From contig OZ024740.1 of NCBI GenBank assembly GCA_964016885.1, forward strand, positions 123,628,001-123,692,000: a stretch of DNA of 64,000 nucleotides, in the 5' to 3' direction. The notes under the pieces are model-generated. The model saw nothing but the letters and a program-made list of their open reading frames with translations. It was not told the DNA's origin and searched no databases. A program made the translations under genes and the position numbers. Source of the stretch: Eledone cirrhosa (Eukaryota). Of the stretch, positions 42,192 through 54,519 are shown one piece after another. The stretch's first letter is position 1, and every line of letters begins with the position of its first letter.

Positions 42192-44405
42192 CTACATTTT
42201 AAATTTAAATTTATATTTAAACGTTGAGTTTAATCTATGTTTGCAACAACTGAATAAATTTGTCCGTAGATTAAGGGAATTTTTAGATTTTAGTATAAAG
42301 AATATCTCCTCTGCGCAGAGGTCACATGTCTCAGAGGATGAATTAAAAGGAATCCCTCTTGAGACTATATTCCAAGCCGTCGAATATCTAACGTTATCTA
42401 GCTTAAGTTGCCAGAGTACGCCTGATAGTGCCGTTGAAGATTTTTTACTTGGATCTGTGAAAGAATTCTTGTGGTTATTATAGCGAAGTTTAAATTCCGT
42501 CGATGTGGAACCGACGCAGTTAAAAGAATTAGAGTCAGTATTAACATTACAATTGTATACTATATTTTTAACTAAGCAGTTGTTATTTAACGGACATTTA
42601 GATCTATCTCTACAGTTACATTTGTTAACTTGTATATTATTTATGCTATTATCACTAGGTTTTAAGTTCCTATTATTTATTCTATTAATATTTTGTGCTA
42701 AATTTTTGGTGGATGAGTATGTTAATTTAATTGTATGCCTATTGAAAATTGAGTGATACCTATGTGTTCTAGGGAAGCGATTATCAAGAGCTTTGAAAAA
42801 TAATTTAGCGATGTGGGTTTTAATGTTTAGTGAGAAAGGGGGGGCAAACCAAATTATGTTCCTAGTTCTATTTCTTTTTTGGCCTTTGGAATAATTGTAA
42901 TGCTTTCTATTATAGTTGTTAATGTTGTTGCCGTAATTAAAAAAGTTGTTACTTTGTTTAGTTTGTCTATCATTATCTATGTACACAATCTTATCAGCAT
43001 ATCCTGCCCTAGCTAATGCTTCATTATAGTATTGGGCCTTTTCGTCGAAAATCTTTCTATTCGACGAGATCCTAGAGATACGTTTTTGAACAGAGTTTAC
43101 TATAGTGTTTTTGACAGATCTGGGGTGGTTAGAGTTAAAGTTGACATAGTTTAAGTTTTCATTCAACTTGTGAAAAGGATAGTGGAGACATGTGTTGAGA
43201 TTTAATGTTATATCTAGGAAATTGACTATTCTATGGTTGTTCTCAATTTCTATTTTAAGGTTAAAATAATTAAAAAATTTTGTAATTTGTTTACATTTTC
43301 TATTTAGTTCAGGGTTATTATTATTAATAAGTAAAAGCATGTCATCCCTATATAAACCTCCGGTAGTACCAGGTATTTTCCTATGTAGCGAATTGATTAA
43401 AAATAAGCCCACAAGGTCAGTTACCTGAGCTGAGTCGGAAGATCCCATAGTTATGTCAAAATTGCTATCTCTATCTGCTCTAGTCCATAATTTGTCATTA
43501 AATTCTATCAAAGTTTTCCTAGCCGATAATATAATATGCATTTCTTTGCTAGTTAGGTCAGTATGTTTGAATGCGTAATTTAGTGCCTTATTTAGTAGAT
43601 TAGGGGTAATAGAAGAATAATAGTTAGCTATATCAAGTTGAATAAACCTATTATTATTGTTATATTTAATTTGCCTAAACCACTCAACAACCTCTCCAGT
43701 TCCCTTCCACAAGCTCAGGTTAGATACACAATCCAAGTTCTTAATTTGCTGTATCACCCTGTCAAGAATGTTTTTGCTTAATTTGCCCAGGTCCGATTTT
43801 GAAGGTGCGATTAATCTAACTGGCAGGTCATTTTCAAAATTCCTCTTGTGATCCTTCATATTGATCTTCGGTTTCCTGGGCACGAAAGGTTGTGTTCTGT
43901 TCTCAATTTCCAACTCGTGCATTATACAAGATGCTTCGACATTCATTTTCTCAAGTTCGGCCTTATCTGCTACCTTGTACTTTTTCCTCAGCTCTTTCAG
44001 TATGAGGCCATTATACATGTCTTTCCGCACTCCATAGAGGTTGTTGGTCTTGTCAGATTTCACCAAGATCTTCTCAGTTTTCTCTAAGCTCTCAATGTTA
44101 TCCTTAATGCCTTTCAGATATTCCTGGCCTTTGAAGTTTCTCTTGAATTTGACCCCTTGTATGATAGAAATTATATCGTTTTCAAAGTCAGATAAAAGTT
44201 TGTTAGGGGGTGGATTTCTTTTAGATTTGAAAACTTTGTTTAAGTCCGAGACATTTTCGTCTGCATTAGATTTATCAAAGTGGAATGCACGCCACCTGAT
44301 TCTCCTTATAAAAGAGTCAGATTTATCTATTAATTGTTTTATAAAGTCTTTGTTTCTAGGTAGAGGTATGTCTTTTAGAGAGGAAGTAATCTTAAAGAAT
44401 TCCAT
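42192..44405 (-). CDS. Naiad-type PLE RT + GIY-YIG polyprotein (737 aa)
   Basis: SDKTNNLY, MKDHK, FIQLDIANYYSSI, FDITMGSSDSAQVTDLVG, GGLYRDD, IIWFAPPFS, CNCR..CPL..C, IVY..CVGST..FK.RYNNH, CDLC. Confidence 0.92.
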   Translation of the reverse strand: MEFFKITSSLKDIPLPRNKDFIKQLIDKSDSFIRRIRWRAFHFDKSNADENVSDLNKVFKSKRNPPPNKLLSDFENDIISIIQGVKFKRNFKGQEYLKGIKDNIESLEKTEKILVKSDKTNNLYGVRKDMYNGLILKELRKKYKVADKAELEKMNVEASCIMHELEIENRTQPFVPRKPKINMKDHKRNFENDLPVRLIAPSKSDLGKLSKNILDRVIQQIKNLDCVSNLSLWKGTGEVVEWFRQIKYNNNNRFIQLDIANYYSSITPNLLNKALNYAFKHTDLTSKEMHIILSARKTLIEFNDKLWTRADRDSNFDITMGSSDSAQVTDLVGLFLINSLHRKIPGTTGGLYRDDMLLLINNNNPELNRKCKQITKFFNYFNLKIEIENNHRIVNFLDITLNLNTCLHYPFHKLNENLNYVNFNSNHPRSVKNTIVNSVQKRISRISSNRKIFDEKAQYYNEALARAGYADKIVYIDNDRQTKQSNNFFNYGNNINNYNRKHYNYSKGQKRNRTRNIIWFAPPFSLNIKTHIAKLFFKALDNRFPRTHRYHSIFNRHTIKLTYSSTKNLAQNINRINNRNLKPSDNSINNIQVNKCNCRDRSKCPLNNNCLVKNIVYNCNVNTDSNSFNCVGSTSTEFKLRYNNHKNSFTDPSKKSSTALSGVLWQLKLDNVRYSTAWNIVSRGIPFNSSSETCDLCAEEIFFILKSKNSLNLRTNLFSCCKHRLNSTFKYKFKFKM

Positions 44406-45541
44406 TTTTCCAGTTATAATATAAAGCGCTCAACAGTATTGGAGCAAGATACATGGAAAGTTATATTTAAAATAGTTGGGTTACAACTAGTAAATATTTA
44501 TAACTGATATAAAAGCACTCGACAAATATTTGGAGTATATTTACAATATTAAATAAATGGAAACTATATTTATAAAACCATATTTATTTCATTATTTATA
44601 TTTCGGGGATATCATATTAACAATATGCTATGCCTTCCTCAGACAAAATACAATATAAACAGTTTTATAGATAAATAGATTCGACATACCGTTATAACAC
44701 CGACTTGCATTTGAAGAGGTTAAGCTGGCAGTGAAAAAATTTTACACAGAGAGAAAGAAAGAGAGAAAAAAGAAAGAAAGACATAAAACGAAGAAAAGGA
44801 AGAAAAAGAAGAAATGCATGGAACAAAATAGAGAGATGGAAAGATAGATAAAGAGAAGAACTTCATGTAAAGAAACAGAAAGAGATATATATATATAGAG
44901 AGAGAGAAAATAGAGATAGATACATATATATATAGAAAATTAGGTAGTGGGAGGTCATTTTGAGTAAATGTATCAATGATACATTTATTTATTTATTTAT
45001 TTATTTAGCTCAAGTATTAATGTAAGGGAGATATATAGAGAGAGAAAAAAATATAGAAAGAGAAAAAATAGCGAGAGAAAAAAATTTAAAAATAGCCAGA
45101 TATATTCGAGGCGTAAAAACCCTTTCTTTCTTTTTTCTCTCTTTCTTTCTCTCTGTGTAAAATTTTTTCACTGCCAGCTTAACCTCTTCAAATGCAAGTC
45201 GGTGTTATAACGGTATGTCGAATCTATTTATCTATAAAACTGTTTATATTGTATTTTGTCTGAGGAAGGCATAGCATATTGTTAATATGATATCCCCGAA
45301 ATATATATAATGAAATAAATATGGTTTTATAAATATAGTTTCCATTTATTTAATATTGTATATATATATATATATATATATATGTAGTATATATTTAGTA
45401 TATATATATATATAGTATACATATATATATATATATAGTATATATATATATAGTATATATAAATATATATAGTATATATATATATAGTATATATAAATAT
45501 ATATAGTATATATATATATATAGTATATATAAATATATATA

Positions 45542-45594
<53 letters not shown>

Positions 45595-45606
<12 letters not shown>

Positions 45607-46283
45607 GAAAAGAAAGAAGAATACTGCGTGGTTCGCACATGGGTTACAAATGATAAAAATAGGCCTTCGTCAGTGATTTTCCAACCATCATTGGTATTTC
45701 AACGTATTAAACATCAGATACCTCAGGTTGGTGCGAGCAATAACTAAAAAAAGTTATTGGGACCAGAATTCGCGTAAGGCGAGTGGGACAAGTAAACAAC
45801 ATAGAAGGATAAAATAAAAAACGATAACATAAAAAAAAAATTAAAAAAAACAACATAGAAGGATAAAAGCAAACCGAAGATAGGAAAATAAACAAGCAAC
45901 ATGGTTGTCCGGTCAGCATAAGCTGGATGGATTTCATGAGCGAGAGAGGTACAGACCGTGTTGATGTGTGTGAGATGTGAGCAAGAAGAGACCCACACAA
46001 GCCAAACGGGAGGTAGTGAGAAGGGGAGAAACAGTGAGTGAGTGAGTGGAAGTGTGAGGAGGAGGTCAGTCGAGAGAAAGTGTAACTGACAGAGGGGGCG
46101 AAAGAAGGTGAGAGAAACAGAGAGAGCGGGGAAGCAGTAAGAGAGAAACAGACAAACGCAGCCGAGGTAAATATATATAAAAAACATGAGAAGAAAGAAG
46201 AATACTGCGTGGTTTGCACATGGGTTACATACGATAAAAATAGTCCTTCGTCAGTGATTTTCCAACTATCATTGGTATTTCAT
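45595..46283 (-). mobile_element. ORF-less element with direct terminal repeats of about 110 bp
   Basis: 45595-45701 matches about 46172-46282. Each repeat has CTGACGA on the minus strand, but the GAAA half is degenerate. Confidence 0.6.
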
Positions 46284-46304
46284 CTCTATATATATAATAT
46301 ATAT

Positions 46305-46338
<34 letters not shown>

Positions 46339-46383
46339 GTATATATATATATATAGTATATATATATATAGTATATATATATA

Positions 46384-46420
<37 letters not shown>

Positions 46421-47065
46421 TATATATAGTATATATATATATATATATAGTATATATATATAGTATATATATAGCATATATATATATAGTATATATATAT
46501 ATAGTATATATATATATAGTATATATATATATAGCATATATATAGTATATATATATATAGCATATATATAGTATATATATATATAGTATATATATATATA
46601 GTATATATTTGTATATATATAGTATATATATAGTATATATATATATAGTATATATTTATATATATATAGTATATATATAGTATATGTATATAATATATAT
46701 GTATATATATATAGTATATATAGTATATACGTATATATATATATATAGTGTATATATATAGTATATATATGTATGTATATATAGTATATATGTATATATA
46801 TATAGTATATATGTATATATATATATAGTATATATGTATATATATATAGTATATATGTATATATATATAGTATATATGTATATATATATAGTATATATGT
46901 ATATATATAGTATATATATAGTATATATGTATGTATATATATAGTATATATGTATGTATATATATAGTATATATAGTATATACGTATATATATAGTATAT
47001 ATATATATATATAATACATATGTATATATATACAGTATATATAATTTATACGTATATATATATAG

Positions 47066-47106
<41 letters not shown>

Positions 47107-47220
47107 TATATGTATATATACATAGTATATATAGTATATACCTATATATATATATAGTATATATATATATATATATATAGTATATATGTATATATATATA
47201 GTATATATAGTATATATGTG

Positions 47221-47955
47221 TATGATAAATCATGTCCTTAGAATTATTAGATAAAATATATACAATTTCCTCTCCCATACAAAAAATCAATTAGACCATA
47301 CAAAAAATCAATTAGGCTCCTATGAAGAAATATTTGAATAATAACCGAAAGCAGCCTCTTCGCGGTTGACCACAATAAAGTATTTACCTAACATTTTAAG
47401 AGCATGTAGAAACTGACCAAATGTATCGTCAACCATACAAAATTAGGTACAAATTTAAAGTTAGAAGAACTGTGCACATACCGCAATTACATTTCTACCA
47501 TGGTTTCGTTCGTATTTTGAGATATCCTATTAAGGATAAATCTCGAGTATCGAACTCATCAGGAGACTAACTCAACAGGACAATTAATTTTCCAAAGCGA
47601 TCGCGCCAGAAATAGATTTAAAAAATAGCTAAGAATCGTGACGTGGCAGTGGTCAAGTTAGAAAGAATGTGATTAGTTGATTACGGCGAGTAGGCTGGTT
47701 GCTAGAAAGCGCAGCCCGATATCGCCCAAATTGCATCTCAAACTAACGGGAGATTATTAAGTATAAAGATTTACATATACATAAAGTCACAGATATATAT
47801 GTAGCAACTGTTTACAATGTAGCTCAATGAAGAATTAATAAAGTAAATAATCAGAGCAATATATCATAAATCATGTCCCTAGAATTATTAGATAAAATAT
47901 ATACAATTTCCTCTCCCAATTAGCATAATTAACCATACAAAAAATCAATTTCATA
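47221..47955 (-). mobile_element. ORF-less HHR element with terminal redundancy (unit about 640 bp)
   Basis: 47221-47277 repeats at 47862-47918; internal HHR. Confidence 0.7.
47491..47567 (-). ncRNA. Type I hammerhead with extended stem II
   Basis: CTGATGA-GTTCG..GAGAT..ATCCT taat AGGAT ATCTC..CGAAC-GAAA-CCATGG-TA; stem I imperfect. Confidence 0.75.
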
Positions 47956-48041
47956 AGTATATATATATATATATATATATATGTGTATATATATATATAT
48001 ATATACTTATATATATATATATATATATAGTATATATATAT

Positions 48042-48212
48042 TGGGAGCCCCTACATGGACACACTAGAAGGGGAAGACCAAGGTTAACATATGTTGATGC
48101 CCTAAGGACAGACACTGGTCTGTTGGAGATGCAGGATATGGCAGCGATAATGAGGGACAGAGACCGCTGGAGAGAACTCGTCCATGGATCTCGGGAATTT
48201 TACCCGCCTTAG
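48042..48212 (+). mobile_element. 3' end of an RTE/RTE-X-like LINE
   Basis: Translates as WEPLHGHTRRGRPRLTYVDALRTDTG...MRDRDRWRELV..*, followed by a short GATA-type tail. Confidence 0.78.
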
Positions 48213-48448
48213 ATAGAGATAGATATATAGTATATATAGTATATACGTATATATATCTATATATATTTTATATATAGTATATATGTATATATATATATAT
48301 ATAGATATATATATACATATATATATTATATATGTATATATATTTAGTATATATATCTATATCTATATATATATATAGTATATATATATATATATACATA
48401 GTATATAATTATATATATATATATATAGTATATATATATATATATAGT

Positions 48449-48481
<33 letters not shown>

Positions 48482-48488
48482 GTATTTA

Positions 48489-48530
<42 letters not shown>

Positions 48531-49251
48531 TATATATATATATATAGTATATATGTATATATATATATAGTATATATATATATATAGTATATATGTATAT
48601 ATATATATAGTATATATGTATATATGTATATATATATAGTATATATGTATATATATATATAGTATATATGTACATATGTATATATATATATAGTATATAT
48701 GTATATATGTATATATATATATAGTATATATGTATATATGTATATATATATATATAATATATATGTATATATGTATATATATATATAGTATATATGTATA
48801 TATATATATAGTATATATATATATATAGAATATATGAATATATATAGTATATATGTATATATATATATAGTATATATGTATATATATATATAGTATATAT
48901 ATATATATATAGAATATATGAATATATATAGTATATATATATATAGTATATATGTATATATGTATATATATATAGTATATATGTATATATATATATATAG
49001 TATATATATATATATATAGTATATATGTATATATGTATATATATATATAGTATATATGTATATATATATATATATAGTATATATATATATATAGAATATA
49101 TGAATATATATAGTATTTAAATATATATATATATATACTATATATGTATATATATATAATGTATATATGTATAAATATATATAGTATATATGTATATATA
49201 TAAATATATAGTATATATGTATATATATATAGTATATATAGTATATATGTG

Positions 49252-49987
49252 TATGATAAATCATGTCCTTAGAATTATTAGATAAAATATATACAATTTC
49301 TTCTCCCATACAAAAAATCAATTAGACCATACAAAAAATCAATTAGGCTCCTATGAAGAAATATTTGAATAATAACCGAAAGCAGCCTCTTCGCTGTTGA
49401 CCACAATAGAGTATTTACCTAACATTTTAAGAGCATGTAGAAACTGACCAAATGTATCGTCAACCATACAAAATTAGGTACAAATTTAAAGTTAGAAGAA
49501 CTGTGCACATACCGCAATTACATTTCTACCATGGTTTCGTTCGTATTTTGAGATATCCTATTAAGGATAAATCTCGAGTATCGAACTCATCAGGAGACAA
49601 ACTCAACAGGACAATTAATTTTCCAAAGCGATCGCGCCAGAAATAGATTTTAAAAATAGCTAAGAATCGTGACGTGGCAGTTGTCAAGTTAGAAAGAATG
49701 TGATTAGTTGCTTACGGCGAGTAGGCTGGTTGCTAGAATGCGCAGCCCGATATCGCCCAAATTGCATCTCAAACTAACGGGAGATTATTAAGTATAAAGA
49801 TTTACATATACATAAAGTCACAGATATATATGTAGCAACCGTTTACAATGTAGCTCAATGAAGAATTAATAAAGTAAATAATCAGAGCAATATATCATAA
49901 ATCATGTCCCTAGAGTTATTAGATAAAATATATACAATTTCCTCTCCCAATTAGCATAATTAACCATACAAAAAATCAATTTTATAA
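49252..49987 (-). mobile_element. Duplicate of 47221-47955, with HHR at 49522-49598
   Basis: Near-identical sequence, offset 2031 bp. Confidence 0.75.
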
Positions 49988-50227
49988 GTATATATATATA
50001 TATATATATGTGTATATATATATATATACTTATATATATATATATATATATAGTATATATAGTATATACGTATATATATCTATATATATTTTATATATAG
50101 TATATATGTATATATATATATATATATAGTATATATATACATATATATATTATATATGTATATATATTTAGTATATATATCTATATCTATATATATATAT
50201 AGTATATATATATATATACATAGTATA

Positions 50228-50264
<37 letters not shown>

Positions 50265-50357
50265 TATATATATATATATATATATAGTTTATATGTATAT
50301 ATATATATATATATATAGTATTTATATGTATATATATATATATATATATAGTATTTA

Positions 50358-50403
<46 letters not shown>

Positions 50404-50682
50404 TATATATATAGTATATATGTATATATATATATATAGTATATATATATATAGTATATATATATATATAGTATATATGTATATATGTATATATATATAG
50501 TATATATGTATATATATATATATAGTATATATGTATATATGTATATATGTATATAGTATATATGTATATATGTATATATATATATAGTATATATGTATAT
50601 ATGTATATATATATATAGTATATATGTATATAGGTATATATATATAGTATATATGTATATATGTATATATATATATATAGTA

Positions 50683-50720
<38 letters not shown>

Positions 50721-51353
50721 ATATGAATATATATAGTATATATATATATAGTATATATGTATATATGTATATATATATATAGTATATATATATATAGTAT
50801 ATATGTATATATGTATATATATATAGTATATATGTATATATATATATATATAGTATATATATATATATAGTATATATGTATATATGTATATATATATATA
50901 TAGTATATATATATATATATATAGTATTTAAATATATATATATATATACTATATATGTATATATATATAATGTATATATGTATATATATATATAGTATAT
51001 ATGTATATATATAGTATATATGTATATATATATATATATAGTATATATGTATATGTATATGTACACATACATATATAGTATATATGTATATATATATATA
51101 TAGTATATATGTATATATATATATATATATATAGTATATACGTATATATATATTGTATATATGTATATATATATAGTATATATGTATATATATATATATA
51201 TATCGTATATATGTCTATATATATAGTATACATATATATATATATATAAATAGTATATATGTCTATATATTTAGTATATATATATATAGTATATCTATAT
51301 ATATATAGTATATATATATATAGTATATATATGTATATATATATATATATAGA

Positions 51354-51397
<44 letters not shown>

Positions 51398-51480
51398 TAT
51401 ATTTATATATATATATATATGGTATATATTTATATATATATATATATACACTATATGTATATAGTATATATATATATATA

Positions 51481-51574
<94 letters not shown>
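49988..51574. repeat. (TA)nG/(TA)nTG microsatellite array
   Basis: Read directly. Confidence 0.9.
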
Positions 51575-51576
<2 letters not shown>

Positions 51577-52170
51577 TTAAAATAACAGATTAAATTCTAA
51601 GCAAAGTATCGCTGCTTTCACCCCTAACAGGAACCTCTGAAACTAAAAAGGTCAATCTGTGAACGCAGAAGTAAATATTTCAATAAACGTTGCAACCGAA
51701 GGAAGACAGAAAGACCATACATAGGTTCGTGGAAACGTTCCCTGGCAAAGAACGGGAAAAAACGAAGATAATATGTCATAATTTGGTGCGGTGAAAACAA
51801 TTACACGCAAAGACAAAACCTCGATTATGGTATAATTAAAATCGTAGACTAATATTCTATTAGGTGGTTCATGGAGACGTTCTCTGCCAATTAACGGAAA
51901 AAACGAGGATATTACGTCATTATATTGAGCGGGAAAACAATTAAACGCAAAGACAAAACCACGTTAATGGTATAATTGAAGTCGTAGATTAAAATTCTAT
52001 TTAGCAAACCGAATGATTCTCGTCTTCAGAGTTAAGAATAAAGTAAATAAAATACAGAGGTAATTTAAATTAAATATATACATAGACGCATCCATATACG
52101 TACGTACACATGCATACGCGAAAACACTCGCCATGTGTATGCAACTACAAGCACGTACACAAAAGAAAAA
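51575..52170 (-). repeat. pLTR of the 15235-19557 Naiad family, inverted
   Basis: Reverse complement of about 18875-19468, diverged; HHR remnant at about 51594-51644. Confidence 0.85.
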
Positions 52171-53800
52171 CACTGAATCTGGTTATGAACAATCCATTTA
52201 CTCCATACCTAAATGCCATAACACAGCAATTCACCATAATAAACTTAACACTAGAACTAGAAATACCTTAGCATATAGCCAGATTCGCCGGAATTTTAGC
52301 AGTAACAGAACCTATACAGGGAAGTTTAGAAGTTTAATGGTGGTAATGGCCTGCTCCCCACTCCAAATAGCAAACTAAAAATCAAGCCTAGAGTAGGAAT
52401 GAGAAATGGGATGACAAATAACAAATCCCCAGGTAATAATAAACCTAGGAAAGCCCCTACCAACTCCACTAGAACCCCTAGAAGGAATAGGCCTAGAAAT
52501 ATCACCTGGCTTAACCCCCCCATTCACATCTAATCTAGCCACTCATATCCCTAAACGCTTCTTCTCTATCCTATCTAAACATTTTCCCCCAACCATAGAT
52601 ATTACAAACTCTTTAATAAAAATAACATTAAAATCTCATTCTCCACAACACCTAACTTAGCTAGCCATATCGCATTCAGTAACCATAATAAACTAAGACA
52701 GTATAACCCCCACACCGCGGTACCACCACCCCTATCAAAATTCACCACGCCACTACACCAATAATTACTCTAGAAGCACACCACCCCATTCTAATCCTTC
52801 TAGCACTGACCAACCGTTTAGGTTAAACTACCCTACTCTCACTAACCGCAGAAGCAACTGCAACTGCCGTTACCCTAATGCATGCCCATTAAATCGACAC
52901 TGCCCGACACCCAACATAGTCTATATGTGCACGGTTAAAACTGCTTCGAATACCAGCTCTTATATCGGGTCTACCTCTAACCCATTTAAGGTACGTTATA
53001 ACGCGCACTCTTATTCCTTCCGCGACCCTAGCAACAGATGTTCGACATCTCTAACTAGGCTAATTAAAAACCTTAAATTAAGCAACATTGAACACTCACT
53101 ATAATGGGATATCGTAGCTAGGGCCCAACCGTTCAATGGACGAAGAAAATCTTGTGATCTCTGTATTACCGAAGCATATTACATAACTCTATCACGACCT
53201 CTGCCGATTAACGATAGAACGGAGGTAACTATTAGCTGTCAACATCGAAGGGCTAATTCCTTCGCCAATAGAATATTTGACCCAACATAGTCATCTAGCC
53301 CCATTTTTACTTGTAGCTAATAAGTTAAATAGCTATAACAAACTTAGATAATTATAAGTTACCTCCCCTACATTGTCTCAATTAAACAATTAAAATATTA
53401 GCACTTAACTATAAACTACCCACAATTTCTAATCTCTCGAGGAGTTACTTTCCCTGAAACCACCCTCTAATTAGTAAGGTAAATATGTCCTTTGGCGGCC
53501 ATCTTGTTATTCATAGGAAGATCTCATACAATGCAGCCTCGACAGATGAATACTGCTTGATTATGGCTGACAATTGATACAACCAGAACACTATAGTGAA
53601 ATACCAATATATGGAACATTACATTATATAACATTCTCTCCTTATTTTAATTTATATTCCCTTGAAGTTCCGATGAGCCGATCTGTTTTTAAATATGTTA
53701 ATTATTTTCAACTGAACCAGATCAATAATGGTATACAGACATCTGATCCAGAAATATTATATGGAGTAGCGAAACAATTGTAAACGGACATTATTACACA
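52171..53800 (+). mobile_element. 5'-truncated Naiad-like PLE (EN pseudogene, 3' UTR, HHR)
   Basis: RNITWLNPP, CNCRYPNACPLNRHC..NIVYMC..SYIGST..FKVRY, SCDLC..E, with stops; ends at about 53290. Confidence 0.85.
53667..53785 (+). ncRNA. Putative hammerhead, CCGAUGA core, ~90-nt stem II insertion
   Basis: GTT-CCGATGA-GC..GATCTG..CAGATC..GC-GAAA-CAATTG-TA-AAC. Confidence 0.55.
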
Positions 53801-53929
53801 CACACAAGGCTGGATTTAGACGTTAGGGGGTTGGGGTACTTCGAGGTTGGGGGTGGTGGGCAAAGGCTCATACACAAAAAATCTCGCCATCCTCATTTTA
53901 CATCCACTTTCCACACACTGGCATGTGTT

Positions 53930-54143
53930 AGCGGTGGATTGGCAGTATCGGTAGAGGGTCGGACGCCATGCTTTCCAGCATAGTTACGTCCCTTTATGAT
54001 CTGAGTTCAAATCCCGCCGAGGTTGACTTTGCCTTTCATCCTTACGGGGTCGATAAAATAAAGTACCAGTAATGCACTGGATAATTGCTGGCCTTGTGCC
54101 TAAAGTAGAAACGATTATTATTATTAACATTATTATTATTATT
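53930..54143 (+). mobile_element. tRNA-derived SINE (Octopus-type, Meta/MESC-like core)
   Basis: A box TGGCAGTATCGG, B box GAGTTCAAATCC, core GCCTTTCATCCTTACGGGGTCGATAAAATAAAGTACCAG, (ATT)n tail. Family assignment is from memory. Confidence 0.8.
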
Positions 54144-54463
54144 CTCTACATTTCTTGCATCAAAGTAAAATATGTTGACAATATTTTAATAATGTCTTCC
54201 TTATGTAATTTGTGGTCTTGTTTTGTTTAACTAATGAATATTTCCAGCTCTGTGCACCTAACCTATGCATGAACACAGCCACCTATCTGCTTTCAACTGC
54301 CTATTGCACATTGAGCACATGCCTTTACGCTTTGGCTTCTAACTAATTCACCAATCTCTCCTCTCCTATCTCCATCTCTCGCTTTAAGATTGGTTACACT
54401 TGAGCGTGAATTTAATAAACATTTATCGTACTGCCTCTCTGTTCTGTCCCTGTTCAATTTTTC

Positions 54464-54519
<56 letters not shown>

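Larger units (their letters stand above)
40562..45359 (-). mobile_element. Full-length Naiad-like PLE with open ORF
   Basis: Near-identical direct pLTRs at about 40562-41251 and 44451-45124, an inverted 5' pLTR piece at 45124-45359, and (TA)n flanks. Confidence 0.93.

Noticed and set aside
53930-54020. tRNA gene
   Set aside because: A and B boxes are present, but there is no clean cloverleaf and a SINE core and tail follow.
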